Source: Octopus sinensis (taxonomy: Eukaryota). From it: a DNA stretch of 64,000 bases. The position numbers and the translations under genes were made by a program. Positions 15,014 through 26,450 of the stretch are shown here, piece after piece (positions within the stretch are counted from its first letter, which is position 1; the number at the start of each line of letters is the position of its first letter). The stretch is taken from the NCBI RefSeq assembly GCF_006345805.1, contig NC_042997.1, forward strand, positions 60,326,001 through 60,390,000, written 5' to 3'. The notes under the pieces were generated by a model, which searched no databases, had not been told where the DNA came from, and saw nothing but the letters and a program-made list of their open reading frames with translations.

Positions 15014-17184
15014 GATATTTGGAGAACTAAACCTTTTAGATTGACTATACGCTACCTTCTTGCTATTTGTCAATATAGATAGAGGTCACATATATTACCA
15101 ATAAAATATGGTCGCAACATAATCAAATATCATGCCATGCTGCGTGAGTGATCGTTCACAGAGTTTCCAACGTCTTTCATCGGTATACTCGGTTCACCTA
15201 TTCCTACCTACACCCTCCAGTGGTCTAACATCTTTTCCCCCCTCGAGCTTCAGTTTAACGCTAACTTTATGCTTCTAATTACTCTGTATGATGAGGTCTT
15301 CAAATTGATGCCATTCAATCATCGTTGTTGCTTAACTCCAGAATAACTCTGATCAAGTAGACGTATCATCAAAGACGTTTCAACTGTGACCATCCAGCCA
15401 TTTTCCCCATATTGTATTTATACCTATATTATCCACCAGTGTGTTGGTCCGGAAATTTAGCTGCAATTTCTAGCAAGTTGGATATCGTTGTAGAAGCTCC
15501 TTCCTTGGCATTCTGTTATATATGAGGATAATCAGTAAAGTATAATTACATGATAACAGACATAGTTGTCTAAATATATCTACGTTCGTTCCACATTAAG
15601 AAGCGGTAGTAATCTTACGAATAACTTTACATGCAAGAACAACTACCCAAACAACTACCCAAAACATATAAAGTTTGCCTCAAACATCACCCATTGCAAC
15701 ACTCGCAAGATGTTCATCAAAAAAGAAAAATTTACCTTTGTGTATTACATGACCAGCAAGTTTCTCGAATCGTAATATAGTCTCTAGTCTCTTGATAGTA
15801 GAATTTCTAAATTTTGGAATCCTCTTACCCGTCACCCCTGAGGTGGACGTTTATGAAGTACCCGTGATGATAAAGTCATCACAATTGCTTCCAGATTTGC
15901 TTTCAACTACACACAGCATACAAGATGAGACCGAACTTCTCTTTTCGACACACGTTCAGCTACCCTTTAAGTCGGAAAACCTGTCCGGTCACGAACTAAC
16001 AATAGTTTCACTACATAAAACTCTGTTGCTGACACTTATATTTTATCGACTTGACCTTAGTGTGATTTATACTTAAAACTGAAAATAGCTATATATATAT
16101 ACAGACTAGTCACTGACTTTTCTACGAATTAGAATACAGAGCAGTAGAAATACGAAATATTCACGGACGACATACCACATCTTCCATTAATTGTAATCTC
16201 ACTATTGCCGTATGCATCGCATTACGGCTAAACTGCAATAACGATAGTGATAACACTCATTGACAAGAACGGTGTAGTAATAATGCATCCCCTGTCAAGA
16301 TAAAATAATTACAATAAATTAGTTACCACGTGTACAGCTATTTTAGATGTCTTGAAGCATTTGCAATGACACATTAACTGCAGCAGTATAACACCTGTTT
16401 GCAACTGACATCTAAGATCGTTATCAGGAATTTAGGTGTAAACGCCCTACGCATTCAATAATAGTTTGTTGACTGAGGGATTTTTGTGAACCCTGCAGAC
16501 TATGAATGAAATCATTTCCGAATATAATCAGTCTGACCCATTCTGGTTAAACTCTGGATCTGTAGACATCTTTCTATGAGAAGTAAATTAAATTCGTCAA
16601 TCCCCCATATTTTTCCTCAAAATTAAATATTTACATAGAGATTGTAATTTTATATCATGAAAAACTGTTATCTATTTTTTGGACTTCGTTGTCATTATTA
16701 TATTTTTTAAATAAATATATTTGTGTACCATAAACACCCGGTAATGATTCTTCTTGATCAAATATAAAATAAGTAATTTTTGTAAAATTTGCTACTTAAT
16801 ACTTCATATATTAGAAGATGTTATTTACAATTTCTAACATTAACACAAAGCTATTTTAGACGAGTATACAGTCTGCTAAATCAGCCTGCTATTTCTTTGA
16901 GCATGCAATGACCTAAATTAAAATCAACTCGGGTGGTACTTGAATTCAGTATGCAAAGCACTTTAATTAAAAACCGTAAGACAATATGTCCGACGCTTTA
17001 TTAAATGTAGCTTTCACTACCACTGTTTGGTATCTGACATTCCTACAAAGACATAAATTTACAATGAAGGGGTATAAACTATTTAATCGACCTCGATACT
17101 TGACTGGTGTTTATTTTATTGCTATCATATTATATCACATCACATCACATTGTGTGTGTGTGTACACGTACATACATACATACA

Positions 17185-17216
<32 letters not shown>

Positions 17217-17610
17217 GGCGCAGGCGTGGCTGTATGGTAAGAAGCTTGCTTCCCAACTACATGGCTCCGGTTTCAGTCCCACTGCATGGCACCTTGAGCA
17301 AATGCCTGCTACTATAGCCCCGGGCTAACCAAAGTCTTGTGAGTGGCTTTGGCAGATAGAAACTGAAAAAAAGCCCGTCGTATATGTGTATATAAGTACA
17401 TCTATGTCTGTGTTTATTCCCCATCACCGCTTGGCAACAAGTGTTTGTGTGTTTACGTCCCTGTAACTTAGCGGTTCGGCAAAAGAGACCGACAGAATAA
17501 GTACTAGGCTTAAAAAATAAGTTCTGGGGTCGATTTGTCCGACTAAAACCCTTCAAGCTGGTGCTCCAGCATGGCCGCAGTCAAACGACTGAAACAAATA
17601 AAAATAAAAG
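17217..17610 (+). mobile_element. SINE family 1, full length
   Basis: ggcgcaggcgtggctgtatggtaagaagc ... gactgaaacaaataaaa; preceded by (TACA)n, followed by (GATA)n. Confidence 0.9.
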
Positions 17611-17626
17611 AAAGAAAAACATATAG

Positions 17627-17722
<96 letters not shown>

Positions 17723-17975
17723 TACGGGATTATCGTAGAATTATTATTTAGTAAACACAGACAGACAGACAGATATTAAATTGATAAATAGATATACATA
17801 GATATTGCATTATCGTAGTGTTGCTATTCAGTAAATTCTCTTTAACTAGCTTCGTTTTCTTTTGGTAGCAATATTTTCAAACTACATATACGTACTATTC
17901 GCTGATTCCCTATTCTCTCATATCCTTGACATACCGTAGATAAACAACGAAAGACCGTGTTCCATTATGATTATT

Positions 17976-18170
17976 GGCCGCGAGCTGGGAGAATTGTTAA
18001 GGAGGCCGGACAAATGTTTCGCAGCATTCGTCCATCTTTACGTTATTTTTTCAAATTCGGCCAGGGTCAACTTTACTCTTTATCCTTGAGGGCCGATTAA
18101 ATGAGCACCAGTTGAGCACTGGAGTCAATGTAATCGACTTACCCCTTACCGCGAAACTGCTGGCCTTGAG
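17976..18170 (+). mobile_element. SINE family 2
   Basis: ggccgcgagctgggagaattgttaag head, ttatccttgagggccgattaaatgagcaccag core, tail ctggccttg. Confidence 0.75.
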
Positions 18171-18242
18171 TCTTTACGTATTGGGTTCAAACCTCACCCA
18201 GGTTGTCTTCGTCTTTCATAATTTTGGGCTCAATAAAATAAT

Positions 18243-18601
18243 GGTGGTCCGAAAGTCTTGTCACCCCTACCGAAAAGTAATAAGAACATTAGAGGAACAA
18301 TATGATAATATGAAACACATATACTGGTTTTAGTATATTCACTTTTATTGACACTCACAGTCACACATCGAAAAGATCTGCATGACACCAACAGCTTCGT
18401 AAAGTATAATACAGGACATGGCGCCTCATGATTTTGCGGCATGAAAATGATGGTGTTCATACATACCTTCTCGATATGTGATAGTGTCAGTGTCAATGAA
18501 AGTGAATATACTAAAACCTGTACATATGTTTGATATTACTATATTGTCCCTCTATTGTTCTTAGTACTTTCGGTAGAGGGTAACAAGACTTTTGGACCAC
18601 C
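18243..18601. mobile_element. Tc1/mariner-type MITE with about 135-bp TIRs, nested in a SINE family 2 copy
   Basis: ggtggtccgaaagtcttgtcacccctaccg... / ...cggtagagggtaacaagacttttggaccacc|ta. The SINE core is split: ctcaataaaataa on the left, tacaagatatgtactggggtcgg on the right. Confidence 0.85.
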
Positions 18602-18718
18602 CTATACAAGATATGTACTGGGGTCGGTGTAATAGACTTATCCTCTCCCTCTAAATTTCAGGCCTTGTGCCTATTGTAGATAGGATTATTATTATCATTA
18701 TTAATTATTATTATTATT

Positions 18719-19546
18719 AACTTTTAATCTGTATGTTTATTACAATTACTTGCCGAGACACACCTAGCGCCCTAGGGCCAGTGAAGGATAAAATATGTTA
18801 CAGTGTGACCAAGAGCTTGAGGAGCGGAAGTGGCAGGGTATTAGCGAAATATCTTCATGTAATACAACACAGATATTTAAAGTGATATGGTTTTTCTAAA
18901 GATGTTGGCAGTACTTGTCAGCACAGTCTTTTGGATTTCTGTAAGACATGGTTCTCCTGGGATGTTGTTTAGATGTTTCTGATATCCTTTTATCATACCT
19001 AGGGCACCTACAATAACAGGAACAGTTCTTGCTTTAAGATGCCACATCTTTTGTATTTCAATTTCTAGGTCCTTATATCTACTTAATTTGTCAAATTCTT
19101 TACAGATATATTTTTATTAGTAGGAACACTTACATTTATTAGTCTACAAGTATTTTCTTCCTTGTCTTTAATAATTACGTCTGGTTGATTATCCCAGACC
19201 GTTCTGTCGGTGTTGATTGGAAAATTCCAGAGGATAGCGACATCTTTACCTTTAACGACTGGCTTAGGATGTATTCATACTAGTAAGCAGGAGTGCTGAT
19301 TTTGTTGTGTTTACATATTTTCCGATGTAAATACTGTCCTACCCTATCGTGGCGATTTTTGTATTCGTTTAGTATCAGCACAGGTCATTCCGAGACGAGA
19401 TGGTTTATTGTTTCGTCAAACGTGCCGCAGAATCTGCATTTAGGTCAGAACCGTTTTGAAGAACGTTAGCCTGGTAGTTCTGATAAGCAGGCTTTGATCT
19501 TTTGCCGCCAATATTAAACCTTCAGTCTCTGCTTTCAGTCCTTAAC
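18719..19546 (-). mobile_element. 5'-truncated REL-type (R4/Dong-like) LINE in (TAA)n
   Basis: Minus-strand remnants GLKAETEGLILAAKDQSL, KCRFCGTFDETINHLVSE, NRHDRVGQYLH, QPDVIIKDK, EFDKLSRYKDLEIEIQKMW, VPVIVGALG (CCHC knuckle plus restriction-like endonuclease). (TAA)n on both sides. Confidence 0.85.
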
Positions 19547-19558
19547 TTATTATTATTA

Positions 19559-19658
<100 letters not shown>

Positions 19659-19818
19659 TCATCATAATTATGGTTTTAATTTCAGTATCATATAATTAGA
19701 TTAGTAGAGTAAAATCATTGTTGTCATTGAAACTTTTTGGAAAAGTTACAATTCCTTATCGTTATAATATCTAAAATGAAAAATGAACGACTATTTATTT
19801 ATATTTATCTCTTTTCAG

Positions 19819-19944
19819 GTTTATACTCTCATACAAAATTTACCATTTACAAACTACAGTAGAAGTTTTCCTGAATTTCATTGCCTCAATTGTTGGTATT
19901 TTATTCTCCCTCCATATAGAAGAAGAAACTCTAATGCGTACAGA
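19819..19944 (+). CDS. Candidate exon C (126 nt); phase-0 frame VYTLIQNLPFTNYSRSFPEFHCLNCWYFILPPYRRRNSNAYR
   Basis: Acceptor tatctcttttcag| and donor AGA|gtaagg; length is a multiple of 3. A second frame is also open (see findings). Confidence 0.55.
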
Positions 19945-20638
19945 GTAAGGAAATAAATATATATACACACATGAAGCAAAGATCTGGTGTCCAGATATAC
20001 GAAGATGAAACACTTTTTCTGAACTCTCGTCCATCTCACTATCAGTGGGATTAGATAACTGTGGTTATTTTATATTCTGTTTATCTATTTGTAATAAAAC
20101 ATTGTTGTAGTGTTTTTGCTCAGTATTGAATTTCAGTCAGGGATTTATAAGCACGTATGTCATGCAAGGATATATCTATTATTTTGAATGTCAAGTATCT
20201 CGCTTGAAGGATTCTTTTTATTTTATCATTGTTTTATGGTTTAATGGAAGGGACAGGACTTAGTTGGATCCCCATCACAAAAGAACGTAGCTAAGTAGAG
20301 CTTGACATTTAAATTTTCGGTGAAGTATATATGAAAGATATTAGAATCTATTCGAGAAAGCAAACTTTTGATTTATTGTCATGTCGTCACTTTCATGTGA
20401 ATAGAAAATTACATGCTCTGATAAGCACACCTTTGTTATAACTTATGAGTGTTCGAGAAAACCATTTTGTTTTCAGTACGATTTCTCAGTTTCTCAGCAA
20501 GACTTGAGACAAACAAATAGCATATACATACACACATAAACACACACTCGCACAAATTCATATATACGTATATATACATAATTACATATATGTACTTATA
20601 TATACACTGTTTACATGCATATATATATTCATATATAA

Positions 20639-20679
<41 letters not shown>

Positions 20680-20694
20680 TACATACATATATAT

Positions 20695-20784
<90 letters not shown>

Positions 20785-21080
20785 GTATTCATTTATATAT
20801 ATGTAAATATATATATTCTACTCTTAAATGGAGTGGTTTTCTTACATTTTAATTAACACTATCTTACTCCCTCTTTCTCCGTCAATATCTAAAGTATGCG
20901 TTATACATTTTTTCTATTTCCCTCCCTTTACGTATTTATATATTTCTCTCTTTCTCATCCTTTCTATTCCTATCGCTTTTTGCCTACCCCGTCAGTCTGT
21001 TCCTCTAACATTTTTACTCTCTTTTCCATTCTTTCGTCAAATAGACTTTTCACGTCTTGTTGATTCGTTCTTCTCTTTCT

Positions 21081-21122
<42 letters not shown>

Positions 21123-21804
21123 TTCTCTCCCCTGCTCACTAATTCTCACTCTGAAATATATATATACATATTTGTGTACATAGAACAGGACAAAAGGGAC
21201 CAAATTGATTAATTACATATATGTGTAGAGTTACACACATATACACATGAGATATGTTTGTGTATTGGTAGGTGTAAATAAATCTGGCTTCCCCTTTTCG
21301 ATTCTTGCAACATTACAGAAACATACGTCTCACATTCGTAGGGGAATAGAGAGGTAAATGTTAAAGTTTAAAATATGGGGTCCCAAGGCATACTGAGGTC
21401 TTGAATCGCTAATTTTACTTTGCAGTTGTTTCTTAAAAAATAAAAAGTTGCTAGCAGTACTAAGACCAACGCCACTGACAGTTATAACAGAATGAGGATG
21501 TATATTCCCTTCCAAATGACTATCATTTTATATGAATAAGTTTATTTTGTTTTATGAGGGGGTTAAATCATGGATTTGAAGCTAGTTTGAAAGAGACATC
21601 TACGCAGTCGCTGGACATGATAGAAGCTGTGGTCAAGTTTCTCTAAAGTTACTTGTTACCGTTCTAAAAAGAACGAGAGAGTCAAGACTGAAGTGTGTTT
21701 AATCAAAGTCTGCTCTTTCAGAACTTACCTGAAGTTAATTCAAACCTATGTTTAAACATAAGTTTTCTATACCTGCCTTTCTATTTACATTTCTTTCTCT
21801 GTGT

Positions 21805-21883
21805 GGCTGATATGCCCTCCAGCCTTCATCAGGTATCTTGGGGAAATTTCGAACCTGGGTTCTCATTCTTAAGGTATTTTCGA

Positions 21884-21970
<87 letters not shown>

Positions 21971-21996
21971 TATTATTATCATTATTATTATTATTA

Positions 21997-22057
<61 letters not shown>

Positions 22058-22132
22058 TAGGTCACTGCCTCGAATCGAACTCGAAATCTTGGGGTTAGTA
22101 GCCCACGCTCTTAACCACTACACCATATGCCC
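21805..22132 (-). mobile_element. SINE family 3: tRNA head, (TAA)n(CAA)n, then a tail with a PLE-like motif
   Basis: Reverse complement head gggcatatggtgtagtggttaagagc...gagttcgattcg (A and B boxes); tail cctgatgaaggctggagggcatatcagcc. A second, + strand tail copy follows at 22133-22235. Confidence 0.65.
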
Positions 22133-23932
22133 AAAATTTCCCCGAGAGACCTGATGAAGGCTGGAGAGTATATCAGCCGAAACTGTGTTAACAAAATCAT
22201 GACAAATATCCGTCAAATGTAAATAATGTGCATAATTCCTCATGTCTTAAATATAGAACTGTATTAAATTTTTTATTGTTTGGTTTGAATGTGATAGCAG
22301 TATAATCAACATCTTATCTAGAAAAACTTAGCGCATGTACAGCATTCAAGGACAGAACTGAACTAGTTCAAATCCAATTTATACGATGGAAAGTTAATTT
22401 TAACGGCATGGATGTCCTGGAAAGCTGCCAAGATGTGTAGTAGTTTTAGAACTTTAATCCGACAAAAATTTAACACGGTAGGTTCATAAAAATAAAATTC
22501 TATATCATTTTATTTATGACAATTTATAGAAAGTAAAACCATCATACAAAAACAGTTATTCTGGCTTTAAAATTGTATATAAGAAAGATCTTTCTGCAGC
22601 AGTCGTTGATACTAACAGAGAAAGTATCGAGACACCAGTTTCGCACGCAAAATCTGTAAGTCAACATGTATGATTTCCAAACATCCAAATCCATTTTTTT
22701 TTTTTTATAAGATGGGGACCTTTCGAAATTTGCAGAGCTAACTGTTAGTGCCGGTTCTAAATTGACATTCCTGTCTGACAGTGACGACTGATGCATTAAT
22801 GCCTAGACATGTTAACCCATTACTTGCTCTATGTATCACATATGGTACACGGGACATATTTCTCTGGCGTTCATATATCATATTTGTACGCATTCTCAAT
22901 TTTTTTTCAACCTCCAGAGTTACTTGGGACTTCTGAAACAAAAGTTTACTAAAAGTTTGAAAACATGTATGGACGTTTTGGATAAACTTATGGAAATGCT
23001 CTTCCTGTTAAAATTACCTTGAAATCACTTACGCTTTTCGTGAGCGCTGATGAAAGGACTGGTAAATATAGGGCTGCGACATAAACGGACATGTAAAGTA
23101 AATTGGGTAACAGTTGTTAAGATTACCGTTTATAGAATTATTTTGAGGAAAATCATTCCGTGTACTGTCGCATTCTCGATTTGCTGAATTGATTCATCTC
23201 ATTTATGTCTTCATATTCTGCAAAACTGTCACTGATATTATAAAATGTGTTCAATGGAAATTTACCTGTTTTATGTCTATTATAACTGAAGTAAATGGGT
23301 TAGTAATAAGTCGTATAAATAACCGTTATCTATTAAAATATGGCAATTATTATAAATCATTTCCACGGTTTACTTTAAGCTATAAATTGCTTCCTGTTTT
23401 GTTGAAGACAACTGGAAAATTAATTCACTGAATATTATTCATCTGTGGAAATCATGCGTAAAATTACTTTCCAGAGTATAAATAAACCTATTATACAATT
23501 AAACAATGTCTCAGGTCGTTCAGTTATGTGTGTCGAGCATGGGAATTATTGCTAGCAAATGTGTTTTGGTATAGACAGGTTATTCAAGTCGTCTGGGAAC
23601 ATACCTTTTAAATAGTGAATGGCTGTTACTCATTGTTATTAAGTAGACACTTGAATAAAAGTGATTCATTTATTTTGCATAGTTATTCAGTTTCAGAGAT
23701 TTTTCAAGCTTTTTATTATTATGAAGATAGGTCAGAAAATGGGATTGTCTAAAATTAATAGTACTAAACAACTATTTCTACGTTATTTTTATTTCTGTCC
23801 TGTAAATTGATCTAATTGTCTTCTATTCGAACGCATTATTTAATTTGCACTCGAACTTCTCTCTCTAAATATATTTTGATAATTCCATTCCATTCGTATT
23901 CAAGGGTGTTAGGTACGGAGAATTGTTACATC

Positions 23933-24696
23933 GGTTTCAAATCTTGACACAAAGCCAGCAATTCTGGAGAGACTAAGTGGATTAACTCGATCCCAGTGTT
24001 CAGCTGGTACTTATTTTATCGATCCCGAAAAGATCAAAGGGCAAAATCGACCCAAGCGAAATTTGAACCCAGAACTTAATGACGGGAGAAATGCTGCTAA
24101 GCATTTTGTCCAGTGTATTAACGATTCTACCAGTGCACCACCTCTGGAGAATTGTTATATTGATCTTAATACTTCGCTAGAACATAATTTTATCGACCTT
24201 GAAACGATGGAGGACAAAATTGAATTCAAGAAGATTTAATCTAAGAACGTAAACCGCCGAAACTAAACACCACCGCCATTTTGCTTGACGTTCATACAAT
24301 TCTGTCAATTATCTGCCCAAATGAAATAATATAACTTCAGCCAGAGATTGAAACTCGTGTCGTTTAAAATTCACTTCATTTGTTATGGCATTCTCCACGT
24401 CTTTAAAAAATGGAAGAAATACAGTTAGAAATTTTTCCCCAACGATCTGAGGATTCTGTCAACTCTCCACCTTAAAGAAATCAATAATATCCTTTCTACT
24501 ATAAGTGCAAGGTCTGTTATTTTGGGCCAGTCGATTATATCGACCCCTGTGCTCAACTAGTACTTATTTTATCGAATTCAAAAAGATGAAAAGCAAAGTT
24601 GATCTCAGCGGAATTTGAACTCAGAATGTAAGGATGGACGAAATACCCTGAAGCATTTTGTTCGGCGTGCTAACGATTCTGCCAGCTCGCCGCCTT
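23933..24696 (-). mobile_element. Three tandem SINE family 2 copies (23933-24143, degenerate about 24175-24320, 24484-24696)
   Basis: Each has the reverse-complement core (a/g)gtacttattttatcga and B-box-like atttgaac(c/t)cagaa (clear in the outer two, degenerate in the middle one). Confidence 0.75.
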
Positions 24697-24763
24697 AAAT
24701 AAATCAATAACAGCAAGAGCACTCAGAGAGCCCAAACCTCTGCCAAGACAACACCAACGTCCT

Positions 24764-25210
24764 GATTGTTTTATTACCCACAAGGAGCCAAACATATATG
24801 AGACATTCACAAACAATACCGGACACATAATCGGGGAAATAAGAATACAGAAAGAAATCGAGTGAAGAAGGAAAAAAAGAACGAATAAAAATATGAAAAT
24901 GATAAAATGAGGCGAAACGCCCACTCGATCCCCGAAGTCAAATGGGTACATTTCGATGTTATTTTTAGAACCGTTTTTTGTTTCCTTTTAAAAGCTCACA
25001 TCTTCGTTTTTAAATGTTCATATTTTACAATATTAAAAATTTTTTCCAAGTCTTTATGTTGGTAGGGTATCAAACCCCACCGGCCTGCCAATTGAAATTA
25101 TATACTTTGCATATGTTTTTATAAACCTGTTGTATCTGTCTTCGTTCAATAATACACACCTTTGTCCATCCGTGAAATCCTCCCTCGGTAATTTCAACCA
25201 TATTAAACAC
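24764..25210 (-). mobile_element. 3' part of an ORF1-only Tx1-derived element
   Basis: Minus-strand peptide VDVFNMVEITEGGFHGWTKVCIIERRQ...NIVKYEHLKTK resembles the C-terminal ORF at 25910-26305. Ends ggctccttgtgggtaataaaacaatc, like the tail at 26420-26445. Confidence 0.6.
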
Positions 25211-26445
25211 ATCCACTTGGAAATCTTCGAAAAAGTAGAGAAGGTGCTGAGGCCAATCTGGCAAGAAATAACATATCTTGCCAGAGGGCCGATATTCGGA
25301 GTTGAGGTCAGGTTCATAAATAAAAACATGGCGAAAAACACTCGACAACACCACTAAGGGACGAAGAGCTAGTACTTCTACCCACGTACCTGGGACAGAG
25401 AGCGTCTCGGGTAAGGGTAGAAGGAATTCCACCAGAGATAGATGTGGCCTGGATAGCAGCTGCTGTTTTGGTTGATACCGAGGATAAGATAGCGGTGCTC
25501 CAGGCCACAAAAACGAAAAGTGTGAATAGGAAAGGCCAAATCTTGAATATTATTATTCAAGGTTCAAAAGAAGCAATAGAAGAAATGATTGAAACGTTGA
25601 CCGTGAACGAAACTATAATGAATGTAAGGATGGAGGGCAGTTTTAAATGTGGCCAGAAGGGCCACATAAGAGTGGAATGCCTCCACCAGATAAAAAAGCT
25701 GAGGAAAGGTAAAACGAAGATCCCCAGGAGAAACCACAAGAGAAACCCAGGATGGACAAGAGAAAGAAAAAATGGTTCCTGTAGAAACAGAAAAAGAAGA
25801 GGAAGAATGAGAAAATACCGGAAAAAGAAAGAGAAGGAAGAGGAAAAGGATAAGTCCAATACATATAGAACTTCACCCTACAACTACCCAAGGCACACCC
25901 ATACCCTCTTTGTTCCACCCTCGCCCTGCAGACTCTAAACCTCCTCTCTCCCCTCTAGCACAAAAACAAAAGAAAAGAACATTTTCACACAATGACTCAC
26001 AAACCTCTCCTCCTATGGGCAGTTTTGCGTGTGTAATATATGATGAACTGTTTGAAAGGGCAATTGAATGGGAGAACACAGTTCATGTTGATGTAGAGAA
26101 TGAAGATGGAGTGGAAGGTACGGTTCTGTTAATAACGAAACGGCAAAGGATGAAAATAAAGAGACACAAAGGGGAATATGAACTGTGGAAGGTGGACTTT
26201 AACAAAGAAAAACTACCACAGTTTATAGAATATGAAGAACTTAAAAAAAGGTATGGGGTAGACATAATGGAGAACAGAGAAAAGGAAGCAAGCGATGTTA
26301 CTTGATGGAGCAGGTAACATCATTTTCATTTCACGTTTTTCCATCTTTCATTATATCATGCGTTTTATTTTTTTTTTCAATTGTTGTATGTCCCCAATGT
26401 GATGTATGTCCCTCTTTGATGGCCCGTCATGGGTAATAAAAAATC
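25205..26445 (+). mobile_element. 5'-truncated ORF1-only (HAL1-like) Tx1-derived element
   Basis: Frameshifted ORF1: EITYLARG..VEVR, EELVLLPTYLGQRASRVRVEGIPPEIDVAW, knuckle FKCGQKGHIRVEC, K/E-rich linker, C-terminal domain, then U-rich 3'UTR and gggtaataaaaaatc. No RT or endonuclease. Confidence 0.75.
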
Positions 26446-26450
26446 GTAAT

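Noticed and set aside
15753-16076. Non-repetitive open frame (ILLPVTPEVDVYEVP...) with slightly higher GC
   Set aside because: No convincing phase-compatible splice sites and no recognisable motif on either strand.
23515-23578. Possible exon SFSYVCRAWELLLANVFWYRQ (phase 2 to 0) that would rescue the alternative frame of exon C
   Set aside because: Poor polypyrimidine tract and weak donor (CAG|gttatt).
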